Positions 59,901 to 64,000 of a stretch of 64,000 nucleotides of DNA are shown here, one piece after another. The notes under the pieces were generated by a model. It made no database searches. It saw nothing but the letters and a program-made list of their open reading frames with translations, and was not told the DNA's origin. The DNA lies in assembly GCF_027921745.1 (NCBI RefSeq), contig NC_079238.1:2666001-2730000 (forward strand), given 5' to 3'. The first letter of the stretch is position 1. Every line of letters starts with the position of its first letter. The translations under genes and the position numbers were made by a program. Source of the stretch: Schizosaccharomyces osmophilus. Lineage: Eukaryota.

Positions 59901-60610
59901 ATGTGCCTTTGGGTGGTACTGCTCGACCTCCTTTAATTTCTCCTCCCGTCCCACAAACGGCTCCGTTTAGTACCGCTGTACCTCCTCCGAAAGCTTCGGC
60001 AAATCGAGTTGTCCCTGTTCCCCCTACACCTAGCCAGCGTATCTCCTCGTATGAACCGGTAAATACCGGTTTCACCCAGTCACCACCTACGGCGATGCCT
60101 CCAGTAAGTGCCCAGGTACCTCCTCCAGTGTCTGGTTCCGCGGGTGGTACTGTACCTCCACCTCCCATCTCCTCGAGATCGATTATCTCTCCTCCGCCGC
60201 AAAATCTTTCTTCAAAGAGACAATCGATCTCTGGGCCTTCAGTTGCTACTGCTGGAATGACTACATACCCTCAGGGAGATCGCTCTCATATTCCACCTAA
60301 TTTAAAACCAATTTATGAGATGCTTAATGCCGAATTCTTGCGTGTTTCCCAGAGTGTTCCTCCACAAATGTCGCGTGTGTTACACGATATGGAGAAGCGA
60401 CTCAACATGTTGTATGACCGACTTAACGCAAATGCTCTTTCTAAATCATTGACTGATGAACTCTACGCGCTTGCTGTCGCATTGACGAACCGTGATTATC
60501 AAACTGCATCTAATATTCAAGTCACTCTGGTCACCACCCTTCAAGACCAATGTGAACACTGGATTGTCGGAATTACCAGACTTATTACGATAAGTAAGTC
60601 TACAGCCTAA
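56957..60610 (+). CDS. sec31: COPII outer coat subunit Sec31
   Basis: N-terminal WD40 repeats, APKW..PCG..FGF, ACE1 solenoid, Pro-rich region, C-terminal helical domain. Confidence 0.95.
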   Translation: MRLKDINKSATLAWSPQGVNNNQPLLAVGGYIGTESTRESDNLLEIWDTSAESNQPIGSTNTNTKFYDLDWERSLDKQHGVIAGTIEEGGVGFYDASAILSSDESSASIATYKTENHSILGPLDFNPVQTNLLASGDNNGDVWVWDLKNPLKPFSLPKQNRSSEVHVVAWNSKVSHILASGNSSEYTTVWDLKAKRQILNLSYMGATGTNATGGVNSIAWHPENATRLVTAIDDNRNPIILTWDLRYPTAPQNVLTGHQKAALSLSWCPHDPRFLLSSGKDGRAIVWDVDTGESLGNFPRSGNWYTKGTWCPSNSNRVATSSLDGKVSIFSIQSTNTDKTHEASLQGVTSIDDNEFFNNLPSIAGSQEPAFTLPIAPKWYKVPCGVRFGFPNKVIRFSPDSKNVTIEPLEVEENEESIDKFSSTAKFQTEDDIVSFCESGAKSAKTDEEANNWKLLKAVSQRVSRSEFVKLLGRENIKEMHKEDSTTELDKNTKASINLNDTSKNQNNEIYDDDTSFYGKLSDNLQNTTISDKEVEFSNDPFKIFNSEDSELETNITKMLLTGDILSAIKTCIDDKKISEALFLATFGDEECRKCVRAAFYEMQEHKPSYMRLSACIAGNDLENAVQNADLSQWKDIFVFICTYATNEAFSPLCGILGKRLEDLDDFSSNRAAEFCYIASKSLQSYANLWLKELANGGVSEDSKSSYVGYVDQLTKLMDKVNAFRSIVAYEDDELSATGDWKLSGLYEVYLEYSRILLSANHYEQARSYLNLVPASFPGAKQEVERLSILLTPAPIPEINRSTYGPSRSVPHPASSIIPQPIQLATNSSNPYASAYSSNISQAAAGPPMTSTIPPPAVSNNVAAGWNDAPIVNQPPLRRAAPSLPAVRSPFPNAGAPLPPNMSRTSSTSTLPPPPSVGAAAAAPPPPKIGETYQPPAQTVSQPPVNQSQKPANPYTPIGVQSPTRTLSGLSSPAETKGTSPYVPLGGTARPPLISPPVPQTAPFSTAVPPPKASANRVVPVPPTPSQRISSYEPVNTGFTQSPPTAMPPVSAQVPPPVSGSAGGTVPPPPISSRSIISPPPQNLSSKRQSISGPSVATAGMTTYPQGDRSHIPPNLKPIYEMLNAEFLRVSQSVPPQMSRVLHDMEKRLNMLYDRLNANALSKSLTDELYALAVALTNRDYQTASNIQVTLVTTLQDQCEHWIVGITRLITISKSTA

Positions 60611-60991
60611 GAGTGCTACTGCATTCTTGAAATTCGTGTATTAAATCCTTTTTAATTACATAATACAAGGCCCGTTTTTGTGAAATTTTATAGTGATGAT
60701 ATTACTTGTGGATAAGTTAGCACTGTTTACATGTTAATATTAGAATAAAAAATTCATTGTTTAAGTAAGCAACTGATGCTGGTGTCATATAGAATGTAAT
60801 GGAGCTATTTTAATTCGACAAGATTTAGTGAAATCTCTAGTAAAAGGAAATTCTGATAAGGAGTCAACTAAATCGTGGAGAGATATCCGGCTAATAAATG
60901 TATGCAGCACTAAACACCATTTACAACTAAACAATTCTGTTCTCGTCATCAAATGGTTTGCAGATCTTGCTCATACTCAGATATTACTTGC

Positions 60992-62929
60992 TTAACCTTT
61001 AGAAAATCCTTCAGAAGTAGAGCGATAAATTTTGACTGGTAATGAAGGATCGTAAACCATGAGGTTTGAATAAGTTTGGCAACTAATTGATCTTGATGTT
61101 TGAAAATCTGGTGCACCGTGATTTCGACGAACCGGTCTAGGGATCAAGCTATGATTAATCCCGATAATTTTAAGACCCTGACTCGCAGCATTTTTAGGGG
61201 CATCGACAACCGTGTCAAAGTCAGAGGGAAGTTTAAAGCTGCTGTCAGGTGTCAAGTTTAATGACAGCGGAGCTTTATAAAACTTATTGTCATGGTAAAG
61301 AGTGGCCCTGGGCGAGTTCATTTCTTCGCTAGCTTTGTTTTCATCTCTTTTAGGCACACGATTTACAATTTGCTGGGATTTAGCAGAAAGAGTTTCAATT
61401 GGAATTCGAGGTGTTACCTGCAAGTTAGATTGAGATGCTTTTTGAGGCTTGAAATGAGAAGACTGTTGTTCATAAGATGGCAATAAGCAATTTTCAACAA
61501 GTTCACAAGAAATGGTTTCAGGCTGTTTTACTTTAGATGGGCTTTCATCCGAATTCATCGTTTCACTCATTAAAGGATTAGACATTTGGTTATCTTTCTC
61601 ATCACTATCAAGTTTAATTGGTTTTCGAGGGAGATGAGGTGGAGAAGCTTCAGGTAATGCATTCTTAACTGCATTTGTTAAAGTATACAAGTTCTTTTTG
61701 AACCAGCTGACTCTTTTTTCTTGCCTTTTTTCAGCGTTAGGTTTTACAGCTATATCATCCTTGGAATTCCCAGGTTTATTGGCTTTTCCTGATACTAGCT
61801 TTGCTTCTTGACCATTTGGAAGCTCAGGGGATTTGGGGAAGTATCTTTCTTTGCATGATATGGCAGAGGGTCGGATAAATGGATCCCATGCTAAGAGTTG
61901 TGTAATCATTTCAGTATACTTGTCATCACAGGTAGCTGGAAGTAATTTCCTTATAGGATAGGGTCTTGTGGAAGAAAAGGAGAATCCAAGTTTGACGGCC
62001 AAATCTTTAGCAGAGGGCCAGTAGTGCAGTTTGTCTTTGACATCCAAGAGAGGATTTCCAAGTATTTCACAAATTCTATTTAACTGATCTGTCTCATTTC
62101 TTCCAGGGAATAGAGGCTTTAAGGTAAAAACTTCAAAAGTGATACAACCGAAAGCATACATATCAACTGCTTTACCATAATCTTTTGCTCTAAGCAAAAG
62201 CTCTGGCGCACGATACCAACGAGTTGATACATACTCAGTAAGTGGATCATTTGAAGTAGAAGATCGGGCTAATCCAAAGTCTGCAATTTTGACACTATAC
62301 CTAGAAAATACTGGTCGGTCTGTGAGCTTCTTGACCAAAATGTTTTCAGGCTTCACGTCTCTGTGCATAAACCCATGAGTATGTATATGTTCAATTCCTC
62401 GAATGATCTGATTTAGAATATGACAAGCCGTATACTTGGTAAATGGCTTTCCTTGTCTTCGCTTCAAAATTTGATATAGGTTGGCTTCCATACATTCCAT
62501 TACTAAATAAATGTTTTTGTTGGGGTCCATAAAAGTTTCCAACAAGTCGATCAAACCTGGATGTTTCGATATTTGTTGAAGTACCTATAGTCATTAGTAA
62601 CAATTTTTTTTTTTTTTTTTTTTGAAATGCTATAAATAATTTAAAAAATTTGAACAATCTTACCAATGACTCTCGAAGCTTCAGTAGCTCTTGCTTTGGT
62701 TTTGGTTTACTGCTAGTCTTTAACTTCTTGACAGCCACCTAGAAGATGTTAGTTAAATCAATTGACCCTTTTTTTGCCATACTGCTTGCTCATGGCCTTG
62801 CTTTCCTTTGCGCTTTGCCAAATACACAGTACCAAAGCTGCCATCTCCTAGCTTATGCTTCACATAATACCGATCTTCAAAACGGAATTCCTTCAAATCT
62901 AAGGCTGCAAAAGGAATCTCTTTGGTCAT
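60992..62929 (-). CDS. mde3: Ime2/MAK-like meiotic Ser/Thr kinase Mde3 (exons 62929-62783, 62738-62664, 62584-60992)
   Basis: LGDGSFGTV, VAVKK, HRDVKPEN, DFGLAR, TEYVSTRWYRAPE; two phase-0 introns; FLEX in the promoter. Confidence 0.88.
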
Positions 62930-62996
62930 ATCCTAGTTTGAAAGAAAAGGAAGCTGGTTTGCTATGGTTAAGAGTCCTTTTCCTATATGTTTATTT

Positions 62997-63007
62997 TGTT
63001 TGTTTAC
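62997..63007 (-). promoter_or_regulatory. FLEX element GTAAACAAACA upstream of mde3
   Basis: TGTTTGTTTAC on + strand, ~70 nt upstream of the mde3 ATG; mde3 is a known Mei4 target. Confidence 0.75.
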
Positions 63008-63335
63008 ATTTTCGCAACTTCCTACTAACGAATCCAACGATTTCATTTGTTAGGGTTATAAAAAAGAAAAACATAGAAGTAATATTAAAAGCTTTAAATT
63101 ACTTTTGTATTTGTCAATTCATCAGAAGAAACATTTAAGTCTAACACTCAGAATAAGCGGTCTTTGTACTATATTTTTTAACTATAACTCTTTTTAGAAT
63201 TGCCTTTTAAGTTCTAATAAGTCTTCTATGTATACCGTATATGAAAGAAAGAATCTATTACTGCTAATAAAACTTCGCTACATAACTCTTCCTTTACCAC
63301 AACCCGAGCAAGGAAAATTGGGATAAAACGACAAT

Positions 63336-64000
63336 ATGAGTCTTCAAAATTATAAGGTTGCTGATATTTCTCTCGCTGCCTTTGGCCGCAAGGAACTTGA
63401 AATTGCTGAAAATGAGATGCCTGGTTTGATGGCTATTCGCGAAAAGGACGCTCAATCCCAGCCTTTGAAGGGAGCGAGAATTGCTGGATGTCTTCACATG
63501 ACTATCCAAACTGCCGTCCTTATTGAGACTTTGGTTGCTTTGGGCGCTGAAGTTACCTGGTCTTCTTGTAACATTTATTCTACTCAAGATCACGCCGCTG
63601 CTGCCATTGCTGCTACTGGTGTCCCCGTCTTTGCTTGGAAAGGTGAAACTGAAGAGGAATACATTTGGTGTATTGAACAACAATTAAAGTCTTTCCCCAG
63701 TGGACAACCTTTGAACATGATTTTGGATGATGGTGGTGACTTGACTGCTCTTGTTCATGAGCGTCATCCTGAACTTCTTGTTAATATTCGCGGTATTTCT
63801 GAGGAAACTACTACTGGTGTTCACCACTTGTACCAGATGTTCCACGAGAACAAACTTAAGGTTCCTGCCATCAATGTCAACGACTCCGTCACTAAGTCTA
63901 AGTTTGATAACCTCTTTGGTTGCAAGGAATCTTTAGTTGATGGTATTAAGCGTGCCACTGATGTAATGATTGCCGGAAAGGTTGGTGTTGTTGCCGGATT
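63336..64000 (+). CDS. sah1: Adenosylhomocysteinase (partial; runs off window end)
   Basis: [78 protein letters not shown]. Confidence 0.97.
   Translation, partial: MSLQNYKVADISLAAFGRKELEIAENEMPGLMAIREKDAQSQPLKGARIAGCLHMTIQTAVLIETLVALGAEVTWSSCNIYSTQDHAAAAIAATGVPVFAWKGETEEEYIWCIEQQLKSFPSGQPLNMILDDGGDLTALVHERHPELLVNIRGISEETTTGVHHLYQMFHENKLKVPAINVNDSVTKSKFDNLFGCKESLVDGIKRATDVMIAGKVGVVAG

Overview
Fission-yeast genomic DNA, most likely from the S. octosporus/osmophilus/cryophilus clade: short introns, and proteins close to but clearly diverged from S. pombe. The left ~44 kb carries conserved genes: rpn1/mts4 (partial), mor2, mrp7, lid2, a HID1-like gene, oxa102, ppb1, spe2, cut14, a RING E3, qcr10, rsv1, a rhomboid, lcf2, a YBR137W-like gene, rps23 and an orphan. 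The right ~9 kb carries tim50, sec31, mde3 and sah1 (partial). Between them (~45.6-54.5 kb) lies an accessory island: fur4, tRNA-Ser(AGA), then two identical direct-repeat 5S rRNA genes 4061 bp apart. The 5S pair encloses a divergent gene pair: a wag-like membrane-protein gene and an intact five-exon wtf poison-antidote meiotic driver gene that the ORF track breaks into fragments. Just outside the 5S pair is a third, intronless membrane-protein gene with the same DLEKG+PY-motif signature and a perfect FLEX palindrome upstream, followed by tRNA-Leu(TAA). The 5S-wag-wtf-5S arrangement itself is known in this clade. The shared antidote-like motifs in wag and the third gene, and an apparent wag frameshift, are the observations I cannot place in known work. 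Gene names and S. pombe comparisons come from memory, not from database searches.
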